In this document: positions 1 through 12,654 of the stretch, in pieces
Layout of the letters: every line of letters begins with the position of its first letter
How positions within the stretch are numbered: the first letter of the stretch is position 1
Origin: Malacoraja senta
Lineage: Eukaryota
DNA length: 60,000 nucleotides
Assembly (NCBI GenBank): GCA_038087875.1
Contig: CM075989.1
Location: 9,736,001 to 9,796,000 of the forward strand
Direction of reading: 5' to 3'
Position numbers and translations under genes: made by a program
Notes under the pieces: generated by a model
The model's database searches: none
What the model was told of the DNA's origin: nothing
Seen by the model: the letters and a program-made list of their open reading frames with translations, nothing else

Positions 1-404
1 TTCTATATTTATTTCCAATTTCTACCATTCATACTTTTGTTATTATCTGTAACTTGTTTTAAATTTGCTATTGTGTTTGGCGGTGCGCTTGTATGGTAGC
101 TAATCAGCTCAGCCCAACTTACACTCACCATCTAGCACTCCCAACAGGTTTTCACTGATTATTATTATTATTTCTGCAAGAGTTTGCAGTTACTTTAAAC
201 CATTCAATTGATTTGTCACCAGGATGTTCAAATAGCCTGGCTCTTTGACGCAAGCATAATAAAAGATCACTTGAACAACCTAAGCAGTGAAATTCCAACT
301 TTCCTAATCTTCAGTGAAACCTTTCAATCTATCTATATAATTAAAAGTGTCATCTTGACCACTTCCTGTCTGCACTGTATATTGATTTACAGTGTAGAAA
401 AAAC

Positions 405-1180
405 GCTGTGATTTTTGGCCATCTTACTCACAGTCCTCCTCCGCTGAGCCAGCCCTAAGGATTTTTCCCATCGATGAAAAATAAAAAAGTTATGAGTGTT
501 TAAAAAACCTTGAGATCAGCTGATTGGTCCGCTCGCCTGTCAATCACCATGACGAAGGTAACGCCCCTTCTGGGGGGGGGGGGGGCAGGACTATAAAACC
601 CCGGATGCCTGGACTTGAGTCAGACACTCTGCAAAATCGCGAGGGAGAGGCCACGACTGTCATTCTAACCTGTGAATCAACTGAACTGTGAGTCTGCAAT
701 GTACTTGCAATAAATGATTTGTTAGCCCTTAATGACAATGCCATGAGTTGTTTGGCCTGCTGCCCTGCCTGTGCTTGAAAGTGCAATGCTTAATTGGAAA
801 TGAAATGAAATGAAATGACAATGCCATGAGTAGTTTGGCCTGCTGCCCTGCCTGTGCTTGAAACTGCAATGCTTTATTAGGTCCAACTGTGTTTGGAAAG
901 AATAAATGCTTTATCAGGTCCGACTGTGTTTGGAAGGAATAAATGCTTTATTAGGTCCGACTGTGTGTACTGCAAAGGTCCCGCTCATTTCGTGACTTAC
1001 ACTTAGTGGACAGGTCGCGCTGATTGCGTAATTTCCGGTGAGTGCAGAGGTAGCGCTGATTGCGTAATTTCTGGTAAGTGCAGAGGTCACGCTGATTGCG
1101 GAAGTGCCGCTGACTGCGGAAGCCTCACAGTGGAGAGGCTGCGCTCAGCCGTGAGTAGATTCAAGAAAGTTTACTATCAT
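405..1180. repeat. Unclassified interspersed element with internal tandem duplications
   Basis: GC/CpG-richer than its flanks. Inverted motif TACTCACAG (~425) / CCGTGAGTA (~1149). Internal repeats: a ~57-bp unit twice (734-790, 817-875), a ~36-bp unit 2-3 times (878-965), and GCTGATTGCG three times. Confidence 0.5.
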
Positions 1181-1186
1181 ATATAT

Positions 1187-1187
<1 letters not shown>

Positions 1188-1236
<49 letters not shown>

Positions 1237-1345
1237 TGAGTGTGTATGCGAGTGCATATGTGTGTGTGTATGTGTATGTGTGAGTGAGTGTGTGTGCGAG
1301 TGCATATGTGTGTGTATGTGTGTCTGGTGGTGGTGTGTGTTTGAG

Positions 1346-1383
<38 letters not shown>
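1188..1383. repeat. Compound microsatellite (TG)n/(GA)n
   Basis: Directly visible dinucleotide runs. Confidence 0.97.
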
Positions 1384-3799
1384 ATTGGTGGAAAGGTGGA
1401 ATATTGCGTCCCACTTAGTCTAATTTCCTTTAAACTTGCTTGCACAATAACTTTTCACATGTGTGTTTGTTAAATTAATTTACTACTTCTCTTTTCAATG
1501 GTAGCAGCCCAGCATCTCAGGCAGGTGCAGAATCTTGTTCACGGTAAGAGTTTGGTAAAACAATATTTTATATTTTCATACGGTAGTCATTTCAAAAGCG
1601 AAAAGCTCTCAGCATTACAAGATTGCATCTTCCCACAATTTAGACTTTCCATAGAGCATTTTGAACTACAGGACAGAACAATAGGTTCAAGTCATGACCT
1701 CCTAATTTGTCATTTCTAGCGGAAGGAATATGAGGTGATTAATTCATAATTGCACAAAAATAATATTGGGAGAATAAAAACCCAACTTGGGTTAAATGTA
1801 ATTTTTCCATAAATTGCTAGTAATACACAGAGTGAATTTGATGGCCACACACTCAGTAAAAGTCATATTAATTAAGCACAAATAATTCTACAGCTATGGT
1901 GTCAAACAACAGAGTGGCTGAGGTCAACAACAAAAAAATAACAAACAAGTAAACAATACATGTTGTGAAAACCATGTATTTATAACAATGTGATCCCATG
2001 TATTTATAACAATACTATTTTAACCTAAGACTGAATCTCAAGACAATTCTCGCAAATTATTCAAGCTCGAGAGTCACATTTTCAAAGCATTATTTGAACT
2101 CCCAATTAAATTCCCACCTACTAATTACCCACCCTGGTATTGGTTTTCTCAAATGACCTTAAAGGAAATTAGTAAATTATAACATTAAAGATAGAAAATC
2201 TGTGCATAAAATTGCCAAAGCAAAACAAAACAGGCCAATTTAATATAATCTTTACATAGCAGGTTTATCACAATTAGTTTATTAAACAACCAATTAAATA
2301 TTACAACATTTACCAATATTTGCTTCCAAGTCAATCTAATTTATGCTGTAGTAAATGGAACTCCATTTTCAAATTCAGAATCAAATTCTTTTGTTTTTAG
2401 TGTCAATATATCATTCAAAAACAAACAAAAGTTCTTATAAAACAATCCCAACAATTTTAGTCATTATAGTAACTATTTCTAAAATATCACGGGCAATGGA
2501 GGATGTATAGAAATAATATTTTATACTATACCAAGTAATTTAAAAAACATATGGGCACATGCTTCCTATGAACTAGTGACACTTTATCAATACTGGAATC
2601 AATGGTTGGCATTACCAGTGAGTGACAGATATGAAATAAATATTTATATCACATAACCCGTGTCAATGAAACACAGCAAAAAGCTATTTTCAACCTGTCA
2701 ATAGCTGATTTTCCCAATGACAAGCAGGAGAATCATAATTTTAACTTTTTTTAACATCTAATATGAAGTCAATATTGAACTGTCATTGGTAATTTTGTTA
2801 AACTACCAGACAGCACATTTTTAATGCTTGGTTATATTATGTCCTGAATTGTACTGAATTGATTCTGTGGCAAACAAACAAGATTGGAGCACTGCCACTA
2901 CTATCAAATGTCAAGGGGACATCCCTCCATTAGGCTACTCTGTTACAGGTGATATCAAGGGACAAGCGTAAAGAGCAAGCTGGTAATTGTCTGCTTGACA
3001 CACTCAACTTGAACAACTTGATTCATGAAATGCCAAAAAGGCTTAGTCTGTTCCCTTCACAGAGAATGAATACGCATCCAAGATGATTAACTTTTTATCC
3101 TAAAAAGTGTGAAAGGAATGTGAACAGCAGTTAGGAAATCAATAAGCATCTTTCATTTGCAGTGACACAGATGTCTCAGTCAATATAACTTAATAAGCAA
3201 GCGTGATCACATTGGACAGATGCCCTCCCTCCTCAAAGGTCTCTTAAAAAGCTTCATCTTTCCACACTACCTTAAAAGCACCATTAAAATCTATTTACTG
3301 GGACCAATTTAAATGCGCAAATCAACAGTAAGTTAGATGTAAGCAATTATTAAAATCGTAACAGAGATTTCCAAAGCTCCTGTTAAAAACTTTAAAGTAA
3401 TTGAATGGTCCATTAGATCATGGATACAGTGCTAGAGCTTTACTGGCCACTTCTGGTAGCCACCAATTGTACTGGGCATTCTCACTTCAGAATATGGACG
3501 AGTAGTAATTTATTCAATGCAAAATCAAAGACAATTTCTAGTTTTATACTTCAGTGCTTATATTCTATGATTATGTGCTTATATACTTGTATAATGTGCA
3601 ATTTCCCCTAGCCCTGCGACTGACCTGATATTATATTGTCAGAAAATTGGCAGCTCAATGTCTACTTTCAGATTAAGGTAAAGCATTTGATCGGCAGCAA
3701 CATACTGCCATCCAAACCACTATGACATCCAAACCACAGAATACTAAATACTGAATAATTGCAATATTATACACATTGTTCACATAAAGATTTGTTACT

Positions 3800-3978
3800 T
3801 TTTTGCATTTCTTTCATTCATTTGTTCCATATCTCTCTCTACATCACCATCTTTATCTCTCGTTTCCCTTTCCTCTGACTCTCAGTCATAAGAAGGGTCT
3901 CGACCCGAAACGTCACCCATTCCTTCTCTCCAGAGATGCTGCCTGTCCCCGCTGAGTTACTCCAGCTTTTTGTGTCTA
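3800..3978 (+). mobile_element. Short Penelope-derived element with a decayed minimal hammerhead motif
   Basis: cagtCATAAGAagggtctcgacccGAAACGTCacccattcc...gctgagttactccagc; the CTGAAGA core is mutated in this copy. Confidence 0.75.
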
Positions 3979-4159
3979 TTTTCTTTAATTTTACTCCACC
4001 TACTAATGGGGTTAGATGAAAAAGATTTGATAGAATAGAAACTGAAAGTCTATGTTCTTGAAAATAGATTATTCTTGGTCAAATCCTATGTAATTTGGTC
4101 CATTTTTTAATGTTTAATTACATAACCAAAGAAAATAAGCACAATATAAATGACATGAT

Positions 4160-5500
4160 ATGCTGCAGTTAGTGCCATTGCCTCACAAATTCACGAATCT
4201 GGGTTCAATCCTGACTTTAAGTAGGTATGTTACAAAACTTATCTTCAGCGGCGCTGCAGTTCTGTCACTGGCCGTGTGCGCGACTTTGGCGCCTTTGAGA
4301 GGGGGGCGGGTTTAAAATGCCGTTTTTTGGCAGCCTGTTGAAATTGATTTTTGTCAGGCTGTTTAGCTGCTGAAGAATAATCGCTCGGACATCGGTTTTA
4401 TTACGTTTTTTTTAAACTGCACTGGATATTTGAATAGCAGGAGTAATTTAAAAATCAGCTTCTAAAGCCGTCAACACCGACAACGGGGACGGATTTCACG
4501 CACGGGACAGATAAAGGAAAGCCGTTTATTTTACATATAAACGTGCTTCTTAGGATGCCTTTAATCAAAATTTTATGTTGCGAAAAGGTGACTTAGGACC
4601 CATACGAACCGGCAGTATTTTTTCCTGCCGAAATGGGGTTTAAATTCACCGCAACCGCAACGTTCCAAACGATCGCGTTCCACAAAATCCTACTCGCAAG
4701 ATGATTTAAATGGCCATTAATGGAAATTCCTTCCATTTGGCCTATAAATTCATGACAATGAGATTTAAAAATCATGTTATATTGTGAATTCTTGTGTGAA
4801 TGTTATTTGGACACTTAGGCTATTTAAAAATGTTAACCTTTTCTTAAGAAATTGATAGATGTTTAGATCTAGTAATTGAATTTTGTAATTAGCTACAATT
4901 AGATAACTAACTAATTATATGCTTTAATTTCAGGTCATCCAAGTAAGATTGTTTCATATTTGTTTCAGAATGCTTCAATCTATAATAACTGAACATTTCA
5001 TTCAGTTCTCTTAATTTTTAAGAAAGTTATGGGCTTTTGACTGTCCTTGATCACAGCTTTTGAGTTAAGTCAATGGAAAAGCAATAGGGAACAAGATGCT
5101 AATTTCCGAGTATGAAAATTGCCATAACTGTTTTAATACTGAACATATGGAAGTGAATTAGGTGGCAAATTAAACTTCTTTTTATGCTTTATCTGACGGG
5201 ATAAATTGCAGACTTGATTTTTTAAATCTCAAAATGTTGTAACATTGCTACTTTAAGTCCTGTCTGTGCAGAGTCTGATGTTTTACCCTGTGACCACATA
5301 GGTTTCCCCTGGGTGGTTTGTCCCGCATCCCAAAGCTAGCATGTTAATCAGCTATTATAAATTACCACTTGGTACAGGTAAGTGGCAGAAGAATAAAGAA
5401 GAATTGATGGGCATACGTGAGAGTGAATAAGTTGCAGGATGATAGGAAAATAAGGGGAGAAGGAATGGGACTGATGGGATTTTGCAGCTGGCAGCTGGCA
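4160..5500 (+). mobile_element. Old tRNA-derived SINE split by a DNA transposon
   Basis: B-box-like GGTTCAATCC at ~4202. The SINE body (ctgtctgtgcagagt...ccctgtgaccacataggtttcccc) resumes after 5257. Confidence 0.65.
4222..5250. mobile_element. Non-autonomous TIR DNA transposon (~1.03 kb)
   Basis: Imperfect TIRs TAGGTATGTTACAA / TTGTAACATTGCTA. Direct repeat CTTTAAG at 4215-4221 and 5251-5257. Interrupts a SINE. Confidence 0.85.
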
Positions 5501-6066
5501 CAGACCAGCACATAAGTTAGATATCAAGCATCAAATACTTTTGGAAATCAAAACCTGGGGGTTACTGTCTAATGCCTCTCACAGGCTAGTGTGCATGTAC
5601 CTCTGCATGCGTAGATACACACAGAGATGCACACACAACCTAAAAGATAAAACTGAAAATCACCATAATAAATAACCATCTTTTTTTGCTGCCAGAAGAG
5701 GAATGTTTGCGTATGTGTGGTCTTTAGAACATAAGGAGCAAGAGTAGGCTCTTTCATTCAGCCAGCTCTTTCATTCAGTAAAGCCATTGCAATCTTGGCC
5801 GCAGCACCAATTCCCCATTTCCCTTTGTTAGTTCAATGTCTGTTAGTCTCCACATTGAATATATTCAATGACTCCTCCTGAACCAAAGATTCATAATCAT
5901 CTATGACAAGAACTTCAACATGTGCAAGCCATAATTCTGAATCCATGCCCCATATATAAGATCACCTCTTATAGAATAGAATAAAATAGAATGCCTTTTA
6001 TTGTCATTCAAACAGCTTGGTTTGAACTAAATTGCCTTTCTACAGTCTTAACATTACAAAAAAAAA

Positions 6067-6358
6067 GTAAAGATAAGAAGTAGACACATCTCTTTCATAT
6101 TGTCCTATCTTATTTTCTTTTTTCTCTTTTTTTCTTTTCTTCTTTAACTACTTCTTGTGGTTTAGGTTCACAAGAGTGTTCCTGGACCACTTTCATTCAC
6201 TCACTGACTATCTTTGCGAGCTCTTTCTATCCTTTTTTCTATTAAAGTTGAAAAACAGAAGTGGTACAAGAATTGTATAAAATTATGTTATGTTATTGCA
6301 GATAACTGTAATGTAAAATACTTCTAATAAAAAACATTAAAAAAATAAAAATAAAAAA
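6067..6358 (+). mobile_element. Poly(A)-tailed retroposon 3' end (L1/Tx1-like 3' UTR)
   Basis: T-rich tract followed by AATAAA and an A-rich tail at ~6326-6358. Confidence 0.5.
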
Positions 6359-7160
6359 ATAGAATAGAATAAAATAGAATAAAATAAAATTGTCATTCAA
6401 ACAGCTTGGTTTGAACTAAATTGCATTTCTACAGTCTTAACATTACAAAAAAAAACAAGACCCACGCTTAACACAGTTTACACAAACATCCATCACAGTG
6501 AATCTCCAACACCTCCTCACTGTGATGGAAGGCAAAAGTCATATCTCTTCCCTTTGTTCTTCTCCCGCGATCCAGCAGTCCAACTGCAACGTCGAGGCGA
6601 CTGGGACTCCCGATGTTAAAGCCCCCCGGCGGGCGATGGTAAGTCCCGCGGCCGTTTAAGCCGCACCGGGCGATGTTAAGCCCCATCTCCGAGTCCTTTA
6701 AACCCCGCGATTCCGGCGGGAGAAGTTGCCGTTGCGGGAGCTCCGAAAAGCGGTCTCCCACCAGGGACCTGCGAGCTCCCAATGTTCCTGTCCACCGGGC
6801 CTGCGGCCGGAGCCTCCGAAGCTCCGAAGTCGGGTCGCAGCCGCGCGCCACCACAGCTCTTCCTGTTCCGAAGTCGGACAGTTCCGCGATGGCGAGTCCG
6901 CAGGTTCCTGGAGCCCTCAGGTTGGTTCCGGCTGGAGGCCGCCGCCGGCTCCACGATGTTAGGCCCAACGACATCGGAGACCCGACAGGGAAAAAGTCGG
7001 GTCCCCGAACAGGGAAGAGATTAAACAGGTTTCCCCCACCCCCCACATATACACAGCTAGAAAATAATAAAAACTAGAATCAAAAACATACATTTAACGA
7101 GACAAAAATAAAAATAAACAGACGGACTGCAGTCCAGCCGCTGCCGTTAGGCGCCGCCAC
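6359..7160 (-). mobile_element. GC-rich non-autonomous retroposon with an (ATTCT)n tail
   Basis: Minus strand starts GTGGCGGCGCC and ends GAATGACAAT...(attct)n. Elements with a similar layout lie at ~44660-45210 and ~46715-47075. Confidence 0.6.
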
Positions 7161-8020
7161 ACTCTCACCTATATATTGTTTCAATAAGATCACTTATGGT
7201 TTTACACTCCAATGACTATAGGATCAATCCCTTCATCGCAGGAATCAATCCAGTGAACCTTCTCACCAATGACTCCCATTAAAGTATATTCTGCCTTAAA
7301 AAAATGTACACAGGACTCCAGGTGCAATCTCACCAGCACTCAATAAAACCGCATCAATACTCCCTACTTTTACCTCGCAACATTCCAAACCATGTCAATA
7401 TTTTATAGTCTTGTTGATTACAACCAATATATTTACTATTTTGTGCAGACACTTCCTGAAATCAGTAGATTTGGGGCCAAGGATGTGTTGCCCTTTAGCC
7501 CAAATAGATTGCCATATACTTTTTTTTTCTAGTGTCTAAATTTCTTTCCTCCATGTAGCCTCTTGATTGGGATGTTTTTATAGTGTCTTCTGCAAGGGAG
7601 TCAAATCTATTTCCACCATTTCTCCAGCTCTCCTTTATTTTTTTAAGCAGGAGAAGTTCTAACTATCTGTTTCTGTATATTGCTAGTTTATTCTCATATT
7701 TTGCCTTTTCCTTCTTTATAACTTTTTAAATCAAAAGAATTTATCATGCAATATTGCCATAAAAAGCACAGAATCATCCTTTGTACAATACGGACAATTC
7801 TGCACTTTGCCATGTTCTACCTGTTCAACGTGTATGACTTGATTGTATGATTTGACTGGAGAGCCCACAAAGTTTATCACTTTATCTTGGTACATGTGTC
7901 AATACCAATATTAATAACTATATTCAAGAGCGTGTACATATTGATGATGAGTGAGAGCTACATGCATGAGAAATTTTGGTTGTCCAAATGACAATTTTGG
8001 TATCGAACTCATGTCTGTAA

Positions 8021-8593
8021 AGGCTCCGTCTTACCTGTTTGTGGTCATCGGCGGTGAAGCGCGGCGTCGCCGGTAGCGGGGACCGCACGGCAACGGCGAG
8101 AGCGCCGAGCCTATCCACTGGAGCGCCGCACGGATGCTGCGCGGGGGCCGAGTAATTCAAATACGGCTGGTCCCACGGGCTTGCGATGACGTCGGTCCGT
8201 CGCACGTGACTCACTAGCGGCGGCTGTGGCGGCGGCCGTCCTGATCGCGGCGCTATAGCGGTGGCTGTGCCTGCGGCTGTGCCGCACACGTGCCTCACTA
8301 GCGGAGGCACGTGCCTCACTGGCGGAGGCTGTGCCAGTGGAGGTTTGACGCACGGTGCTCGAGCCACACTGGCGGCGGCCCGTGCGGGCGGCTGTGCCGC
8401 ACTCGTGCATCACTGGTGGAGGTTGTGCAGTAAGAATATAGTTTTAAACAGTGTAGGTATTATTTTAGCACCGTGCGGTGTTGGGAACACCGCCGCACGG
8501 CCCCGGAATTGTGCGTTCTCACGAGTGCGCGGTCTATGGCGGCAGATTCTTCCTGTTTCGCCGCCAATGACCGCAGACTCGTGAGACAGGCCT
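8021..8593. mobile_element. CpG-rich insert, possible Harbinger-type MITE
   Basis: Sharp GC boundaries. Imperfect inverted ends AGGCTCCGTCTTAC / GTGAGACAGGCCT resemble the Harbinger end at 49415. Internal CACGTGcctCACTaGCGG repeats. Confidence 0.45.
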
Positions 8594-10439
8594 TTTAGGC
8601 TGTCATCTGATTTCACGTTTATACAAAAACTCTAACAGTCTGTTTTCCCCATATTTCAGACAATGACTATCAAAGTAGCCTAGAAAATAAATAACAGAGC
8701 CATTTCGGACCAAACATACTATTTGGGACATTTTGTAAAGTAAGCAACATGGAGTTAATGCCATCAAAAGTACCAAACCAGTCTTATTAAAGCAAATTAA
8801 TTAAATTAACTATTGGCATATTTTACTTCTACCCACATGGCACTGAGCTTTAAATATAAGTTCATTATTGCTTGTTTTCCATCTTGGAAAATCAGAACCA
8901 GCTTAATCAAGTTACAAAATAACGCTTTGAAATAACAAGCTAAACAAGTGATCATTGAATGATGCCTATTGTTCCAGAGCTGTAGAATCCACTCCATACA
9001 CAAGGCGTCCAGGACCAAAGAAACTGGGTGATTTAAGGAGGTGCATTTGAATGTCAGCATTATGCTAATACTAACTAATTATAGCAACAATTTCTATCTC
9101 ATGATGATAGATTTACATGAAACCAGTTCCACTAAATCAACTAATTCACACATCATATGTGGATATGTCACTTCTGCAATACGAAGCGATTTCAAGATCC
9201 TACAAATTAACTGGTAGTTCATTAAATAATCCTCAACCAAACTATTTCATAGAGCAAAAGGGCTCCAAAAATATTGAACCAACTTTAAAAATCGGTTGCA
9301 GGTTACAAGATTTATTCTCTCAAGAAAAATGTTTTCTTAAAATCCATCCATTCCAGTGATGCTGAACTTAACTTTTCTTGCGTGGATTCAACAGCTCTGG
9401 AACAACAGGCACAGTTATATGCCTGTACACAGTCCACTTGTATTACATTAGTGTATATAAAGTTACTACAAAGCCGTATTTGCCACGATTAAACCTAAAA
9501 GAGCAATAAAATAACTTGATGCGTCCCCAATAAATGAATCTACCAATATTTAATAGCTCAATTCATTTCATGCAATGATCACATCTTTTCTCTTTTTGTC
9601 TTTTTTTTTGGCCATTTCTCAATCTGTTTGCCCTCTGCCAAAACTACTACTCATTTCACCTGTTGTGTATAATAATACCCTCGGTCAAAGTTTAATTTTC
9701 CATTCTAACTAAAATTCAAAAACTGCAGATGCAGGAGAACAAGAAATGCTGGTAGTACTTAGCAGGTTACCCTGCACGGAGAAGAAAGTGAGTTAATGTT
9801 TCACATCAATTACCCCTCATCAGTTTGCTCTGGAATGGAATAAGCTGATGAAGACTCATAGACCTGCAACATTTCCTCTGTTTCTCTCCCGATTCTGCCT
9901 AACCTGGTGAGCATTCCCAGTATTTGCTTTTATTTTAAAATTTCTATCACCATAGCAAGATTAAGCATCTAAGTATTGTGTAAAGAAAACTTTAACCTGA
10001 AGAATTATTATTTATCAATTTAGCAGTCTAGTTTCTCCATTAAAAAAATGTGGATGAAATGCCATGTACTCTATGATTTACAAACTAATGTGCGGCTAAT
10101 ATATGTGGTTCATTAAAGTCGGAATTTTTTGTTCAGTATTTTGCTTACAAATTTTTCCCAGTACAAGCAACAATTATGAAATCTTATTGAAAAGGAAATA
10201 GAAAGGAAAGAAAATAAAAGCGACAAATAATTTCATCTAGAGTTATAGAGTCTTACAGCATGGAAACAGGCTCTTCAGCCCAGCTTTCCCATCACGACCA
10301 TATAGATGGTTCATCTGCACTAATCCCACCTACATGAGTTTGGTCCAAACTGTAAACCTTTCCTATCCGTGGATCTGTCCAAATGTGTTTTAAATGTTGG
10401 TGTAGTATAACTGTGCAGAAAAGAAAGGAGATTTATAGT

Positions 10440-11030
10440 ATAATGGTGAAACCACTGGATTATTGATACAGGATTATTGATACAGGCACACAAATTGGAA
10501 TCTCACCTCAACTGGGGAATTTACCTTTGAGTAGTAAAATAGGAATATATGGAAAACGATAGTCTTGGGAACAGGAACCATGGAAGTACCAGACTACTGT
10601 TAAACCCATCTGGTTTACTAATGTCCTTCAGGGAATGAAATTTTCCTTTTGTATACAAACATCCCTATATTTGATGAGACTCTTCGAAATGCAGAACTCA
10701 TAATTGCCTCTTCAGTTCCGGGTCAATTAGGGAAGATGATGAAGGCTGGCATTGCTAGCATTGCGCACGTCCCATGAACACACAAGTAGGGAACAATAGT
10801 ATGGTGGCTATAAAAATGGAACAATGCTAATTAATCTATCATCTGGTGTGAGAAATAATTTGGTTTATTAATTTCCTTCTGAAAAGAAAATCTGCCATTC
10901 TTTCCTGATCTAACCTATATGTGATTCCAAACTACAGTGCAGTCGATGCTTAATTGCTTCTTGACTTTAAGGCAAATTAGAAGGGAACATTAAATGCAGG
11001 CAATAGCATCAATGTTCATAACACGTGGAC
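10440..11030 (+). mobile_element. Degraded ancient SINE-like repeat fragments
   Basis: aaacccatctggtttactaatgtccttcagggaa... and a second partial copy at ~10880-11030. A related minus-strand piece lies at ~38340-38530. Confidence 0.4.
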
Positions 11031-12029
11031 AAAAAAATATTTAAAAACAATTATTAATAATTTGCACAACAGGATAAGCCAAAAACTAGCATGGAACGTT
11101 TAAGGGCTGAGAGAAAAAGTTGAAAGTGAAAGAAAACAGAATATTAATAGCTGAATGGATAAAGGGATTGGCAGATAGAAAGTAGAAACAAAACTGATGA
11201 AATGGAGAACAATCTGATCCTTACAAGTAACCCAGATCTACAATAGAGTGACCATAAACTAAACTCAACTCAATCCAAGATATTCTGTGAAAGATATCAC
11301 CACCATAAGGAGGATCTATGTATTTATCCCACATAAAGAAATAGAACATAAAGCAAACAAATACTGTTCTATGGGGGGTAGCTTAGAATGGAGGCAGAAA
11401 TATAAAAATATGTCACTTCTGCCTCTGTGTATGCAGATATGATGGTGAAGATTTAAAAGGTGAGAACATAGGGTTCTGGTGGTGGTTCATATACATTTCT
11501 GGTGGTGCCACTGAAGTGCAAGGTTAGAAGCAAGAAATGGGAGTTGCATTTACTACAGCATAAAATTATCATTCGCTAGGAATAAAGGAGGATGTTTCAT
11601 AAGCTTACTAGTGCTCCGGTTTAACAGAATGACATTGAGGGAGATCAGCCCTGATTTGTAGTGGAGCAAGCTCAAAGTGCTAATGTCCTACTTCTGCTTC
11701 TATTTGTTAGAAGCATTCATCAAAGTAATTTCAATCAACTAATGATTCCATTAAAATAGTAATTTTATACACATTTGTTTACATATTCCTAAACACTCAT
11801 TTGGATGATAAAAATGCAGAAGAGTTTGAGATATTTTCAGTTTGAGAAGATTATTCAACTTTTAATGATGTAACAATACTAATACTAGCTTGATCAGCAT
11901 CTTATCATTCACGCTCCTCCTAAATTCCATCCAAAACTTTACCAAGTGTATTCTGAACTATCACCCATCATCTAAATGCACACTGACTTAAAATGAAACC
12001 TGATCAAGCAATATCATATTGCTCTTCTC

Positions 12030-12268
12030 ATCAAAACTGCCCCCTCCATCGACTGTTTTTAAGTCTAGACTTAAAACTTATTTCTACTCACAAGCGTTTC
12101 TTGAGGGCCTCTGAGAGAGCGCTGTATGTATGTATGTATTTATGTATGTTTTGTTAGATCTATGTACCACTGTATGTAGCATGTTAGTACCTGCACTGAT
12201 GTAAAGCACTTTGGTCAACGAGAGTTGTTTTTAAATGTGCTATAGAAATAAAATTGACTTGACTTGAC
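12030..12268 (+). mobile_element. L2-clade LINE 3' end
   Basis: Ends the frame FKSRLKTYFY, then tgtaaagcactttg...aaatgtgctatagaaataaa and a (TTGAC)n tail. Confidence 0.75.
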
Positions 12269-12605
12269 ATTCCATTTTGTAATCATTCCATTATTCTTTA
12301 TACCTTATCAAAAATTTACATTGTAAACTAAACAATGTAAGTCATCAAAAACAGAGAGGAGAGATACTTGGTTTTGGTTCATGAAAGCAGTGCTGGAGCT
12401 GAAATTTATGGAAGGTGGCGGGTGGGAATTTAGCTAAGACATGAATTGACTTTGGATAATGGTTTTGGTGGTTCATGGGCTAAACACAAATCTGTAGCTT
12501 TCAACATGCTTCACAAGCACACTATTATTTACTGTATATTAGTGAGAAATTACACATCTATTAAACATAATGTGATTTTATTTACGGACAGCTTCCAACA
12601 CTCAC

Positions 12606-12654
12606 CTGCCCATTTGCCAGTATTTTCTTAAGTTCAGCAGATGACTTCTTCAAG
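12606..12654 (-). CDS. MAP2K5: MAP2K5 internal coding exon, 49 bp (equivalent to human exon 7)
   Basis: gctttag|CTTGAAGAAGTCATCTGCTGAACTTAAGAAAATACTGGCAAATGGGCAG|gtgagt = (S)LKKSSAELKKILANGQ, identical to the human peptide as recalled. Phase compatible. Confidence 0.96.

Noticed and set aside
1130..1445. ORFs rich in CV or HT repeats (also 40811-41094 and 42661-43424)
   Set aside because: They are translations of microsatellites and minisatellites.
6468..7077. Overlapping long GC-rich ORFs on both strands (also 7924-8616, 44583-45112, 52094-52904)
   Set aside because: No recognisable domain; stop codons are rare in GC-rich repeats; all lie within mobile elements.
1..12600. Next MAP2K5 exon (MNEQDI...GHGNGGTVYK)
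   Set aside because: Not found by eye; it probably lies beyond the window start, although a miss cannot be excluded.
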